A stretch of DNA of 64,000 bases from an uncultured Acidimicrobiales bacterium (GCA_963747215.1 CAVVET010000022.1:76637-140636); one strand, 5' to 3'. Positions 10,961 through 21,811 are shown, counted from the stretch's first letter. Notes: a model not told the origin generated them from the letters alone. Program-made: numbers and translations.

Positions 10961-11043
10961 GGCGTGAAGTTAGACAGTCCCCATGTCGGCCGTCAAGCGA
11001 AGGTGTTACGGTCTCGCCGAGCTCGAACGAAGGGGGAACGCTG

Positions 11044-12271
11044 ATGGCACACGACCACGACGGTTGGCGCTCATTCGGGTTCCGCGGGTTGCCGCCGATG
11101 TCCGGAAAGGTCAACCAGCCCGTCGAGGGCGGCTTCGCTCCACTCATCCTTCCGCGCGTCGACGGCATGCATTCGCCGTTCGTCGGCATCACGACTGACG
11201 GTGTGCTGAGAGAAGGACTGCGCGGACTGGAGAGCGCGCCGCAGGTCTCCACTGCGCCGATCGCTGATGCCGCGCTCGCGTTCGTGCAGTCGCTCTCCGC
11301 CGCACAGCAGGCGCAGGCGTGCCTGCCAATCGACGCCCCGCAGTGGCGCGAGTGGACGAACGTGCACGTCGCGTTCTGGCGGCATGGAGTGATGCTCGAT
11401 CAGCTCACCCAAGCGCAGCGCGACCTGGCTCTCGGCATCCTGCGCGCCACGCTGTCGGCACGGGGCTATGACTACGCGCAAGGGATCATGGAGCTCAACG
11501 AGCTCGTTGCCACGCTGAAGGACGATCACGACTCGTACGGGCAATGGCTGTACTTCGTGTCGATCTACGGCACACCCGGCGGCGACGAGCCCTGGGGCTG
11601 GCAGATCGACGGCCACCACCTCGTCATCAGCACCGTCGTGTTCGACGGCCGGATCTCCACGACGCCGACGTTCATGGGCTCGGAGCCTCGATCGATCGGC
11701 AATCGGTCGTGGTTCGACATCGAGGAAGAAGCGGGGCTGGTGTTGATGCGCTCGCTCGACGACGCGGCAGCGCGCCAAGGCGGTCATCCACCCGTCGATC
11801 ATGAAGGCCGACCTCCTCGACCCCGACCTGCACAACCCCTTCGATGGCCGCCAGGTCGGCGGCATGGGCCAGGACAACAACGTCGTGCCCTATCAGGGCG
11901 TGCCCGCAACTGATCTGTCCGACCCGCAGCGCCGACTGCTGCTCGATGTCGCGCACGCGTACACCGGATGGAAGGCGGACGATCACGCGGCGGTGACGAT
12001 GGCCGAGATCGAGTCGCACCTCGACGAGACGTGGTTCTCGTGGTACGGCGGCTGGAGTGACGCCGACCCGTTCTACTACCGCGTGCACAGCCCGGTGACC
12101 CTCATCGAGTTCGACCACCACGAGGGCGTCGTGTTCGACAACACCGACGCGTCTCGTCACCACATCCACATGCTCGTGCGCACGCCGAACGGCGGCGACT
12201 ACGGACGAGACCTGCTCAAGGAGCACCACGAGCGTTACGCCCACGTCGGCGGGCGCCACGTGCCTCGCTGA
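11044..12271 (+). CDS. DUF3500 domain protein, one frame break
   Basis: ORF 11044..11913 (GWQIDGHHLVIS...) joins ORF 11801..12271 (FYYRVHSPVTLIEFDHH...HIHMLVRTPNGGDYG). The break is near 11770. Confidence 0.7.
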
Positions 12272-12273
12272 CT

Positions 12274-13035
12274 TCACGCGATCGGCTCGCCGACCTCCCA
12301 CGTCACCGCGGTGTCGTAGGGCCGCTCGTGCGGCGCGGGCACGAGGAACGCGAGGTGGCGCTCGACGAGCGGACCCGGGTTCGAGTTGCGATGCGGCACA
12401 CCCGCAGGGATGATGACGAGATGACCGGGCTCGACGTCGTAGACCTTGTCTGCGACCTCGACGTGCAAGGTGCCATCGAGCACCCAATACAGCTGATCGA
12501 ACGGATGGATGTGCCACGACGTGCCCGGCGAGTCGGGTGAGACGCGGGCCGCGTTGACGACGATGCTCGTGCAGCCGGAATCCACCGAAGCGAGACGGGC
12601 AAGGTCGAAGCCGGGCACGTGACTCGAGGCGTACGCCGCGTCGTGGAGCGTGCGCACCCACCCCGTGCCCGGCCCGCGGTCGTCGTCCGACGCCGGAGTG
12701 CTGCCCGGCTTGAACCGATTCGGCGCCGGCACAAGCAGATCGAGATGCAGCTCGGGCACCGCGCCATCGTTGCGGTTCTTGTGGACCACGCCAGCGGGGA
12801 TGTAGACGAGCGACCTCGGCCCGGCGACGTGCTCCACCCCGTCGAGGACGACGGTGAGCTCGCCCTCGATGATCCAGTACAGCTGGTCGCTCTCGTGCAG
12901 ATGCGGAAACGGCCGCACCCACCCGGGCGGCACGCCGACGGCAACGACCCAGGCCGTCTCGTTGTCGGCGAGGTTGACGGCGTCAAAGTCGTCGGGGTTC
13001 AGCGCTGCGCGGTCGAGCCTGCGGACGTACTCCAC
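12274..13035 (-). CDS. Bicupin domain protein
   Basis: Intact 253 aa ORF with two cupin motifs: HLHESDQLYWIIEGEL...IPAGVVHKN and HIHPFDQLYWVLDGTL...IPAGVPHRN. Confidence 0.75.
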   Translation of the reverse strand: MEYVRRLDRAALNPDDFDAVNLADNETAWVVAVGVPPGWVRPFPHLHESDQLYWIIEGELTVVLDGVEHVAGPRSLVYIPAGVVHKNRNDGAVPELHLDLLVPAPNRFKPGSTPASDDDRGPGTGWVRTLHDAAYASSHVPGFDLARLASVDSGCTSIVVNAARVSPDSPGTSWHIHPFDQLYWVLDGTLHVEVADKVYDVEPGHLVIIPAGVPHRNSNPGPLVERHLAFLVPAPHERPYDTAVTWEVGEPIA

Positions 13036-13164
13036 GCAGCCGACGCTACGCGAGCTGCAGCTCCTCGACTCGCCTGGCCGCCTCGCGTCGACTGCTCACC
13101 CCCAGCTTCGACAGCACCAAGATTTCGTGGCGAAGCAACCTTCCCAGGGCCCTCGCGCAGTAGT

Positions 13165-13917
13165 TCAGGCGACGGCCTTGGCGAAGATCTCGCGTGCCTT
13201 CTCGTACGAGCGGTCGGCGGCGGCCTTCTGGTACGCACCGCCCGGCACGGAGAAGCCGTGGTCCGCATCGGGATGGATCTCGGCGAGGCCGCGTCCGTCA
13301 GGCATGTCGTTGACGGCGTCGATGAAGGGCTTGTTCGCGTCGGGCGACTGCATCTTGTCGGCTGAGCCGAATGCGATGTAGAGCAGCCCGTCGTACTTGT
13401 CAACGGCGAGGTGCGGCGAGTCGGCATCCTCCGTCGTGCAGAACGAGGGATGCAGCCCGACACCGGCCCTGAAGATGTCGGGATGGTTGGCGACGGTGCG
13501 CATGACCGATCGGGCGCCGATGCAGAACCCGATGACGCCCATCGGGGCCTTCCGGGCGGCCGGGTCCTTGTCGACGACGGCGAGCAGCGCCATGAGATCG
13601 CTCTCGACCATGTCGTCGGTGGTGCCCAGGAGGATGCCGAAGAACTTCTTCTGCGCCGCCTCGGCCTCGGGGCCGGCCGCGCGCAGCTTCGCGATGTCGG
13701 CCACGAGCCACGGCTCCTCGCGGTGGTAGCGGTCGTGGGAGACGACGTAGTACCCGGCGTCGGCGAGGAACCCCATCGACTCCTTCGACCCCTCGTCGAG
13801 GCCAGGGCCGTGGTGGAAGTAGACGATCACCGGGAAGGGACCATCTCCATCCGGACGGCGGACGAAGGCGCCCATCTCGCCGTCGGGTGTCTTCACGGAA
13901 AGCATCTGATCGGTCAT
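13165..13917 (-). CDS. Dienelactone hydrolase family protein
   Basis: From ATG 13917: MTDQMLSVKTPDGEMGAFVRRP...PVIVYFHHGPG...VIGFCIGAR...HPDADHGF. The upstream part of ORF 13165..14124 has non-coding composition. Confidence 0.85.
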   Translation of the reverse strand: MTDQMLSVKTPDGEMGAFVRRPDGDGPFPVIVYFHHGPGLDEGSKESMGFLADAGYYVVSHDRYHREEPWLVADIAKLRAAGPEAEAAQKKFFGILLGTTDDMVESDLMALLAVVDKDPAARKAPMGVIGFCIGARSVMRTVANHPDIFRAGVGLHPSFCTTEDADSPHLAVDKYDGLLYIAFGSADKMQSPDANKPFIDAVNDMPDGRGLAEIHPDADHGFSVPGGAYQKAAADRSYEKAREIFAKAVA

Positions 13918-14011
13918 CGGAAACCCCCCGGGAGGTCGCGGTCGCCCGGACCGTAACACGGCCCTCACGAGCCCGATCGGGCGCAGGCGACGTGGTTTCA
14001 GGCGGCGGGTT

Positions 14012-14749
14012 TCAGGCGGCGTAGTTGCGGAGCACTCGAAGCGCGGCGTCGGCGTGAGGCCCGCTCGTGGCGAGACCGGATTCGTCGGGCGACAGGCGCA
14101 GCGCGCCGACGCGGCAGAACGCACCCGCGTCGCCGGTGATCCGCGACTCGCACCCTGGGGGCCCGTAGCGCCACATCGTCACCCCGTCGGGCGCGGTGAG
14201 CTCGCAGCACACCTCGTGCGCTTCCTGTTCCGCCACGGCAAAGCCGTACGGGAGCGTACGGTGGCCGAGCCACGCGATGTGCCGGAGGCGATCGGTGTCG
14301 GGCAGCGGGATGTCGAGCGGCACCGTGATGTCGAGCGCGTGCGCCCAGTGCTCGGCGAGCCGCGTCGTTGCCAGCGTGCGGGGGTTGAGCGGGTTCGTCG
14401 CCCACGCGTAGCGCTGCGTGGGATCGGCCGACCGCATCGCGTCCACTGAAGCACGGCTCGCGGCGCGCCAGCGCTCGAACACCGCCTCGGGCTCGTCCTG
14501 CTCGGCGGCGACAAGGCGCGCGGCTCGCTCGTCGATGGTGACGTCGGGGGTGCGGAACGAGCTCGACCCGCCCGGTTCTGCGACCGTTCGCGCCGCGGCC
14601 TCCTCGGTCTGGGCGAGGTGGATCATGACTTCGGTGATCGTCCATCCCGGCGCATCCGACTCGCTCAGCCACTGTGCGCGAGTGAGCCCGGCGAGGATGG
14701 CGTCGAGCCGCTCGTACTCGGCGGCGAGGTCGTCGAAGATGTCGCTCAC
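14012..14749 (-). CDS. Maleylpyruvate isomerase family, mycothiol-dependent (DinB-like) protein
   Basis: Intact 245 aa ORF. N-terminus LAAEYERLDAILAGLTRAQWLSESDAPGWTITEVMIHLAQTEE is typical of the MDMPI/DinB_2 N-terminal domain. Confidence 0.75.
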   Translation of the reverse strand: MSDIFDDLAAEYERLDAILAGLTRAQWLSESDAPGWTITEVMIHLAQTEEAAARTVAEPGGSSSFRTPDVTIDERAARLVAAEQDEPEAVFERWRAASRASVDAMRSADPTQRYAWATNPLNPRTLATTRLAEHWAHALDITVPLDIPLPDTDRLRHIAWLGHRTLPYGFAVAEQEAHEVCCELTAPDGVTMWRYGPPGCESRITGDAGAFCRVGALRLSPDESGLATSGPHADAALRVLRNYAA

Positions 14750-15546
14750 TTCTTCCTCACCCGCTGGAGATACGCGGCTGCGCTCTCGCGCGACTCGGGA
14801 TCGCGCAGCGCGGCGACGAGGCTGTCCGCGTCAGCCCAGCTGCGATCGAGCGAGATCATCGATCTCGTGACTGCGTCGACGTGTCGCTTCGTCGCCTTCA
14901 ACGTCAGCGACGACTTCGTGAGGAGCTGCGCGACGAGCTCCTCGACCTCCTGATCGAGCAAGTCGGGGGCGACGACACGATTGACGAAGCCCGCAGCGCG
15001 CGCCTCCTCCGCGGTGAACGGACGACAGGTCATCACGAGCTCCTTCGTGAGCGCCGGACCGATCTCGCGGACCAGCCTCGGAATGCCGCCCCACGCGAGG
15101 GGGATGCCGAGATCCACCTCGGGGATCGAGAAGTACGCGTCGCTCGCGGCGACGCGTAGGTCGCACGCCGCGGCGAGCACCACTCCCCCGCCGATGCAAT
15201 GGCCGTGGATGCGGGCCACGGTGATCGCCGACATCCCCTCCACCGCGTCGGCCATCAGCCGGCCGAGATCGGCGTTCTCTCGGGGCGAGCGGTCGGCGGG
15301 CGCCGCCGGGCCGGCGGGGTCGAACGCGCCGAGGTCGGCGCCGGCCGAGAACGACCGGCCGTTGCCCGACACGACGACGACCTTGATCGCGGGATGGCGG
15401 TCGAACCATCGCGCCGCCTCGGCGATCTCGGCGAGCGTCGTGGACGAGAGCGGGTTGAGCTTGTCGGGGCGGTTGAGTGTGAGTGCGCCGCGGGAACCCG
15501 CTCCGACCACGTCGATCGTGGTGAAGTCCGCCGCGATGTCAGACAC
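14746..15546 (-). CDS. Enoyl-CoA hydratase/isomerase family protein
   Basis: GTG at 15546 gives VSDIAADFTTIDVV...ALTLNRPDKLNPL...VVVSGNGRSFSAGADL...GHCIGGG. It overlaps the upstream ligase stop by 8 nt. Confidence 0.85.
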   Translation of the reverse strand: MSDIAADFTTIDVVGAGSRGALTLNRPDKLNPLSSTTLAEIAEAARWFDRHPAIKVVVVSGNGRSFSAGADLGAFDPAGPAAPADRSPRENADLGRLMADAVEGMSAITVARIHGHCIGGGVVLAAACDLRVAASDAYFSIPEVDLGIPLAWGGIPRLVREIGPALTKELVMTCRPFTAEEARAAGFVNRVVAPDLLDQEVEELVAQLLTKSSLTLKATKRHVDAVTRSMISLDRSWADADSLVAALRDPESRESAAAYLQRVRKK

Positions 15547-17006
15547 GGCGAAGCCGCTCGATCGCCGCGTCGCGCATCGCAGTGCGCCGAGCCTTGCCCG
15601 CGTCATCACGCAGCGGCTCGTCGATGAACTCGAACGATCTCGGGATCTTGTACCGCACAAGCCGCTCCTGGAGATGGGCGAGGAGCTCGTCGACCGTGAC
15701 CTCACCATCGGGTTGCACCATTGCGTGCACTCGCTGTCCGAGGTCGTCGTCGGGAATGCCGACCACGATGGACGAGAGCACTTTCGGATGCTCGTCGATC
15801 GCCGCCTCGACTTCGGCGGGATAGATGTTGGCTCCCCCGGCGAGGATCAGGTCGGTGCGGCGATCGCTGAGGTACACGTAGCCGTCCTCGTCCATCCAAC
15901 CCATGTCGCCGAGCGACTCCCAGCCGTCGAGCTCGCGCGGTTCGGCCCCGATGTAGCGGTAGGTCGGCGCGGTCCCGTCGAACCGGCGCATGTAGATCTC
16001 TCCCACCTCACCCGGCGGGGCGGGATTGCCGTCCGCGTCGAGCACCTTCATCTGTCCCGTCAGCGGCTTGCCGACCGAGCCGCGGTGCTCGAGCCACTCG
16101 GTGCCGCTGATGATCGTCGACGCCTGCCCCTCGGTGCCCCCGTACAGCTCCATGAGCTTCTCCGGACCGATGAGCTCGATCCACGCTTCCTTCAGCCACT
16201 CGGGGCACGGCGCCGCCATGTGCCACACGACGCGCAACGACGAGAGGTCGTGACGATCGGGGTCGGCCTGCACGGCGCGCAGCATGCGCAACATCATCGT
16301 GGGCACGAGGTTCATCCAGTTCACGCCGTGGTCGTCGATCGCGCGGAGCGCCCCATCGGCGTCGAACTTCGTCAGCACGACGAGGTGATGGCCCATGAAG
16401 AGGCCGACCGTCGAGAGGCTGAACGGCGCGTTGTGATACAGCGGCCCGGGCACCAGGTGGCAGTCGTCGCGCTCCATCCGAAACACCATCGCGAGGAGAT
16501 CGGGATCGAACTTGCCCTCCTGCCCCGGCGACGATCAGCTTCGGTCGACCCGTGCTGCCCCCCGAGGTCGGCGCCTTCCATGAGGGCGACACCACGTCAG
16601 GAAGTGGCGCGTCGTCGAGTGACGAATCGGGGACGTACCCGGCGGGAACGCACACGCGGCCGGGGTGGTCGACCTCGTCGGCGCCGACGACGATCGCCGG
16701 GTCGGCGAGCTCGACGATCGCCTGGCGTTCGCGCGCCGGCAGCTTCGCCGAAACGGGCTGCGGCACGGCGCCGAGCTTCCACGCTGCGATCGTCGCCTCG
16801 TAGAACTCGATCGAGTTGGGCAGGCCGATCGTCACGAAGTCGCCTCGCTGGACACCGAGCTCGGCGTACGCGCGCGCGAGACGGTTCGCCCGTCGTTCGA
16901 GCTCGCTCCGCGTCACCGTCGTGCCGTCGCAGGTCACCGACGGGAAGCTCGGATCCTCCTGAGCGAGGCTCGTGAAGATCTGACCGATCGAAAGCACTTC
17001 CCCCAC
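15539..17006 (-). CDS. AMP-dependent acyl-CoA synthetase/ligase, one frame break
   Basis: ORF 16008..17006 carries the AMP-binding motif TSGGSTGRPK. ORF 15539..16489 carries YGGTEGQ, GDMGWMDEDGYVYLSDR and YKIPRSFEF. The break is near 16530. Confidence 0.85.
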
Positions 17007-17042
17007 GGGTCCGATGATGGCACCCCCGCGTAGGGTGCGGCG

Positions 17043-17841
17043 ATGCCGACAGCACGGATCAACGGGGTCGACCTCTACTACGAACGGGCGGGGGACGGAC
17101 CTGAGGTGCTGTTCTTGAACGGATCAGGCGCGACGCTCGAAACCGCCGCCCCGATCTTGGGCCGGCTCCGCAACGACCTCGACGTGCTCGCCTTCGACGC
17201 GCGCGGGCTCGGGCGCAGCGCCGCGGTGGCGAAGCCGTACGCGATGGCCGACCTTGCTCAGGACGTGCTCGGGCTCCTCGATCACGTCGGGTGGACCACA
17301 TGTCGCATGGCCGGCATCAGCTTCGGCGGGATGCTCGCGCAAGAGGTGGCGGTCACCGCTCCCGATCGAGTCGAGCGCCTGGTGCTGCTGTGCACATCTG
17401 CAGGCGGGGCCGGAGGCTCCTCGTATCCACTCCACGAGCTGGCCTCGCTCCCGGAAGCCGAGCGCAACGAGATCGGGTTGCACATCCTCGACAGCCGGTA
17501 CACGCCTGAGTGGCTTGCCGAGCACCCATTCGACCAAGCCCTCGTTCGCATGCGAGCGGACTCGGCCGGCGCGACGAAGTCCGATGTCGAGCTACGGGGA
17601 GCGCACGAGCAGCTGATGGCGCGCAGGCATCACGACGTCTCCGCCCGCCTCGATCGCATCACCTGCCGAACGCTCGTCGCGTACGGCGAGTACGACGGCA
17701 TCGCCCCGAAGGCGAACAGCGTGTACATCGCCGAGCACATCAGCGAACGCCGAGCTGCGCGGCTACGAGGGAGGGCATCTGTTCATCGTCCAGGATCCCG
17801 GCGCGATGCCCGACGTCGTCGGGTTCCTCGCCGAGCCCTGA
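17043..17841 (+). CDS. Alpha/beta hydrolase, one 3' frame break
   Basis: Starts MPTARINGVDLYYERAG, with nucleophile elbow GISFGG. After ~17745 the C-terminus NAELRGYEGGHLFIVQDPGAMPDVVGFLAEP reads in another frame and ends at TGA 17839-17841. Confidence 0.8.
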
Positions 17842-17857
17842 GGCGCGAGACTGCCGC

Positions 17858-18854
17858 ATGCAAGTGACCGTGCTGGGGGCAGGCTCCTGGGGGACGACCG
17901 TTGCGTCGTTGACGTCCCTCCGCAATCCGACGTTGCTGTGGGCACGCGACGCGTCGGTGGCTGAGGAGGTCGACCGCGACCACACGAACAAGAGCTATCT
18001 GCCCGGCTTCCCGCTCCCCGACCGGCTGCGGGCCACCGCCGACCTCGAGGAGGCCACTCGCCACGCCGAGCTGTTGATCGTGGGCGTGCCGACCCGGGGC
18101 TTCCGCAGCGTGCTGGAGGAAGCCAAGCCGTACGTGCACCCGTGGATCCCGATCGTCAGCCTGAGCAAGGGCTTCGAGTCGGGATCACTCCTGCGGATGA
18201 CCGCAGGTCATCAGCGAGGTGCTCCCCGGCCGGCCCGCCGTCGCGCTGAGCGGCCCCAACCTCGCCCGGGAGATCATGGCCGGGCACGCGGCGGCCAGCG
18301 TGATCGCGACCGAAGATCTGTCGGTCGCGGCCGCGATCCAACGGGCATTGGCGCGCGGAGTGTTCCGCCTCTACACGAACCACGACGTGATCGGCGCCGA
18401 GGTCGGCGGTGCGCTCAAGAACGTGATCGCGCTCGCGACGGGGATGGCGCAGGGGCTCGGCGTCGGCGACAACACGCGCGCAACGGTGATCGCGCGGGGG
18501 CTCGCCGAGATCACGCGGCTCGGCGTCGCGATGGGCGGTGAGCCGTCGACGTTTGCGGGGCTCGCGGGACTGGGCGACCTCGTGGCGACGTGCGTGAGCC
18601 CGTTCTCCCGCAACCGCACAGTCGGCGAGGAGCTCGGAAAGGGCCGCTCGCTCGACGAGATCCTGTCGAGCATGAACATGGTCGCCGAGGGCGTGCGCAC
18701 CGCGTCGACTGCGGTCGAGCTGGCGGCGCGCTACGACATCCAGATGCCCATCGCGGAGGCGATCCAAGCCGTCGTCGACGGCAAGGCGAGCCCGATCGAC
18801 GCCTACCGCGGGTTGTTGCGCCGCCCTCCCGGCCACGAGAACGACCCCGAGTAA
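17858..18854 (+). CDS. gpsA: NAD(P)H-dependent glycerol-3-phosphate dehydrogenase, one frame break
   Basis: Starts MQVTVLGAGSWGTT. ORF 18219..18854 has GPNLAREI...GALKNVIA...GLGDLVATC. The break is near 18205. Confidence 0.9.
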
Positions 18855-18865
18855 CGGCGAGGGCC

Positions 18866-18917
18866 GGTTCTTCTTGGCGCGTCCGGGGCTCTGGTACCCG
18901 GCGGCGCCAAGAAATTC
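18866..18917. repeat. Extended GC-rich palindromic intergenic element, copy A
   Basis: GGTTCTTCTTGGCGCG...CGGCGCCAAGAAATTC. The 10-bp outer arms are TTCTTGGCGC / GCGCCAAGAA, with an inner CCGGG/CCCGG stem. It lies between the convergent gpsA and TauD stops. Its first ~17 nt are nearly identical to copy B at 48211. Confidence 0.6.
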
Positions 18918-18925
18918 AGCGGGGG

Positions 18926-19771
18926 TCAGCGGGGGCGGTCGCCTTCGACGGTGACGCGCTCCATGCGGCGGTGCTGGCCGGCGAAGTCGGGCACCGCGTA
19001 GTGCTGGGTGCAGCGGTTGTCCCACTGGGCAACGCTGCCGGGCGCCCACCGGAATCGGCACTGGAACTGCGGCACTGACGCCTGCCGGTACAGCACGTCG
19101 AGCACCCGCTCCGACTCCTCGGGCTCCATGTCCACGATGTGCATCGTGAACGGCGCGTTCACGTAGAGCGAGCGCCGTCCGGTCTCGGGATGGGTGCGCA
19201 CGACCGGGTGCAGCTGGTCGGGGAACTCTTGGCGCTTCTGCTCGCGCTCTTCCTCACTCAGACGCCGACCGAACACCTTCACGAAGGAGTGCACCGCCTG
19301 CTTGCCTTCGATCTGCTCTTTGATCGGGTCGGGCAGCTGCTCGTAGGCGAGCTCCATGTTCGACCAACAGGTGTCGCCGCCGACCGGCGGCACGACGATC
19401 GCTCGCAAGATCGAGCCGAGCGAGGGGCACGCTCGCCACGTCACATCGGAGTGCCACTGCTCCGCGGCGTAGAAGCGCTCGGGTGTCGACTCGAGCACCA
19501 CGATCTCGGGATGCTCTGCCTCGTTGGGCGTGAACGGGTGCTGCTCGAGCGAGCCCCATCGGCGGCCGTACGCGACATGCTCGTCGCGGGTCAGCTCCTG
19601 ATCGCGGAAGAACAGCACCTTGTGCTCGAGCCACACGTCGTGCAGCTCGGACACCACCTCGTCGTCGAGGTCCCGGAGCTGGACTCCCGACACCTCGGCG
19701 CCGAGCGCACCCGTGAGCGGCGCGACCGAGATTCGCTGGTATTGCTTGGCTTCGTGCGCGACGACCGGCAT
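18926..19771 (-). CDS. TauD/TfdA family Fe(II)/2-oxoglutarate dioxygenase
   Basis: Intact 281 aa ORF: WHSDVTWRACPSLGSILRAIVVPPVGGDTCW...WDNRCTQHYAV. Confidence 0.85.
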   Translation of the reverse strand: MPVVAHEAKQYQRISVAPLTGALGAEVSGVQLRDLDDEVVSELHDVWLEHKVLFFRDQELTRDEHVAYGRRWGSLEQHPFTPNEAEHPEIVVLESTPERFYAAEQWHSDVTWRACPSLGSILRAIVVPPVGGDTCWSNMELAYEQLPDPIKEQIEGKQAVHSFVKVFGRRLSEEEREQKRQEFPDQLHPVVRTHPETGRRSLYVNAPFTMHIVDMEPEESERVLDVLYRQASVPQFQCRFRWAPGSVAQWDNRCTQHYAVPDFAGQHRRMERVTVEGDRPR

Positions 19772-19789
19772 GACACGACGGTACTGCCG

Positions 19790-21343
19790 TCAGCCCCGGT
19801 CGATCACCCTCACCACGCCGGCGATCGGGTCGACCTCGACGATGTCGCCGTCACTGATCTTCGCGAACAGCCCGGACGCACCGACGACGGCGGGAATGCC
19901 GAGCTCGCGAGCGAGCAGAGCCGTATGGCTGAACAGCCCGCCCTCCTCGGTCGCGACGGCCGCGAGCAGCGGAAAGATCGCGTTGAGGTTGCAGGTGGTC
20001 GTGACGGCGATGAGCACATCGCCGGGCTCGACGCGATCGACGGCGTCGAGCGTGTGGTCGAGGAGGCGTGCCGGCCCACGCGCCGGCACATCGCCGATGC
20101 CGAGGCCCGCCATCGGCCCGGCTGATCGGTTGCCCGCAGCAGCGTGGTAGGCGCCCTGCGCAGCCACGAGCTCGGCCACGTGCGGCGGCAGCTCGACCGA
20201 CGGCGGTGGGATGTACTCGCCGAGCTGCATCGGTGGCTCCAGGTGCGCAGCCGAGTTCCGCGCGTTGCGACGTTCAGCGAGGACGTCGGCCGCCGGACCA
20301 GACCCGGCGAGCAGAGCGTCGATCTCGTCGGTCGTCGCCTCGAACAAGTCGAGGGGCGTGCCCAGCCGTCCTCGTTGGGCAAGCCGCCGCCCGGCCTCGA
20401 GCACACCGCGACGAATCAGCCCGAGCGGCCAGACGAAGCACATCGCGTTGTCGTCGTCGCGCAACGCGTACGTGGCGCGGGCGTCAGCGAGCAGCTCGTC
20501 GAACCGCGATCGCTCGTCCTCGGGGACCATCGCGCGCACCGAGTCGACATCGGGGGACGCGTTCGACGGCGCAGAGTTCATCCGAGAACGCACGCCGGCA
20601 ACGATCAGCTGCGGCCTCTCCCCGACGGTCGGCCCTGCGAGGTCGTTGCCGTCGATGACCCGCCACCCGTGCTCGCGGAGGTAGTCGTCGAGCGCCGAGG
20701 AAGCCTCCGCTGACGCACGCAGGTCGTCCATCGACTCGGGAAGCTTCGTGAGGGCGAGGGCTATCCGGCCGATGTGGTCACGCGCCGCGGCGGTCGCGGG
20801 AGATGCGCCGGCCAGCAACGCCGCGACGCGCTCGGGCGGCACGCCCCACTCTTTCGCCGCCTGGAAGAGACGACCCGCTGCAATGTCGAAGCCGGCATGC
20901 TCGAAGTGCAGCGGCGACACCGCGACGAAGTGCGCGACGGCTCGACGGAGGTGGTCGGCCAACGCGGCGTCGCTCGCGCTCTCGAGGTGCTCGGCTTGCA
21001 GTGTGAGGTTCGCCGCGACGATGGGCGGCCGTTCCTCGTCGAACCACCGCGCCACCTCGTCGCGCCATGTCGCGGCGTCGAGCGTCTGCGCCGCGACGCG
21101 CTCCTGCTCGTCGAGCGACGACGAGTCGTCGGGACCACTCGAGTAGTAGAACCAGCCGTTCACCGCCGCGAAGCGCGGCGACGGGATCGGCAGGCCGTAT
21201 CGCTTCGCACCCCGCACCCATCCCACCGTGCTCGCCGGGAAGAGCTCCGCGAACAGAGCTGTGACGGGAACCGGGAAGTGCTCGCGGGTGAACCACCACG
21301 CGCCCTCCCCAGGTGGATCCCAGCGGACCTCGGCTGTGCTCAG
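19790..21343 (-). CDS. PEP-utilizing enzyme family protein (phosphohistidine swivel domain at the C-terminus)
   Basis: The C-terminus has [21 protein letters not shown]. The coding-like sequence starts at [17 protein letters not shown], directly at the bfr stop. The only start-like codon there is CTG at 21343-21341, so the 5' end is unresolved. The rest of ORF 19790..21490 overlaps bfr. Confidence 0.7.
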   Translation of the reverse strand: MSTAEVRWDPPGEGAWWFTREHFPVPVTALFAELFPASTVGWVRGAKRYGLPIPSPRFAAVNGWFYYSSGPDDSSSLDEQERVAAQTLDAATWRDEVARWFDEERPPIVAANLTLQAEHLESASDAALADHLRRAVAHFVAVSPLHFEHAGFDIAAGRLFQAAKEWGVPPERVAALLAGASPATAAARDHIGRIALALTKLPESMDDLRASAEASSALDDYLREHGWRVIDGNDLAGPTVGERPQLIVAGVRSRMNSAPSNASPDVDSVRAMVPEDERSRFDELLADARATYALRDDDNAMCFVWPLGLIRRGVLEAGRRLAQRGRLGTPLDLFEATTDEIDALLAGSGPAADVLAERRNARNSAAHLEPPMQLGEYIPPPSVELPPHVAELVAAQGAYHAAAGNRSAGPMAGLGIGDVPARGPARLLDHTLDAVDRVEPGDVLIAVTTTCNLNAIFPLLAAVATEEGGLFSHTALLARELGIPAVVGASGLFAKISDGDIVEVDPIAGVVRVIDRG

Positions 21344-21811
21344 CCGTGCACCTGCTGCGCGAGGTAGTGCGCCTCGCCGATCTGGCGGATGAGCTCGAGC
21401 TGCGTCTCGAGCCAGTCGGCGTGCGCTTCCTCGCCTTCGAGGATGTCCTCGAGGAGCTCGCGCGTGCCGTCGTCGCTGCGCTCGAGGCACAGGACGATGC
21501 CGTTGTTGAGCCGTTCGATCGCCTCACGCTCGAGATCGAGCGCGAGCGTGATCTTCTCGGGCACGGTCTCGCCGACCCGCACGACACCGAGTCGCTGCAG
21601 GTTCGGGAGGCCCTCGAGGTAGAGGATGCGCTCGATGAGCACGTCGGCGTCCTTCATCTCGTCGATCGACTCGTCGCGGAAGTGCGACGGCGAGGCGGTC
21701 GTAGCCCCAGTTCGCGCACATCTTCGCGTCGAGGAAGTACTGGTTGACCGCGGTGAGCTCAGCGGTCAGCACCTCGTTCAGCAGATCGATGATCGCGTCC
21801 TCGCCCTTCAT
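21340..21811 (-). CDS. bfr: Bacterioferritin, one frame break
   Basis: ORF 21524..21811 begins [40 protein letters not shown] 21340..21657 has [19 protein letters not shown]...[15 protein letters not shown]. The break is near 21690. Confidence 0.85.

Noticed and set aside
18918-18935. Direct repeat CAGCGGGGG x2 next to the TauD stop.
   Set aside because: It is a 9-nt duplication overlapping a stop codon in GC-rich sequence, with no supporting context.
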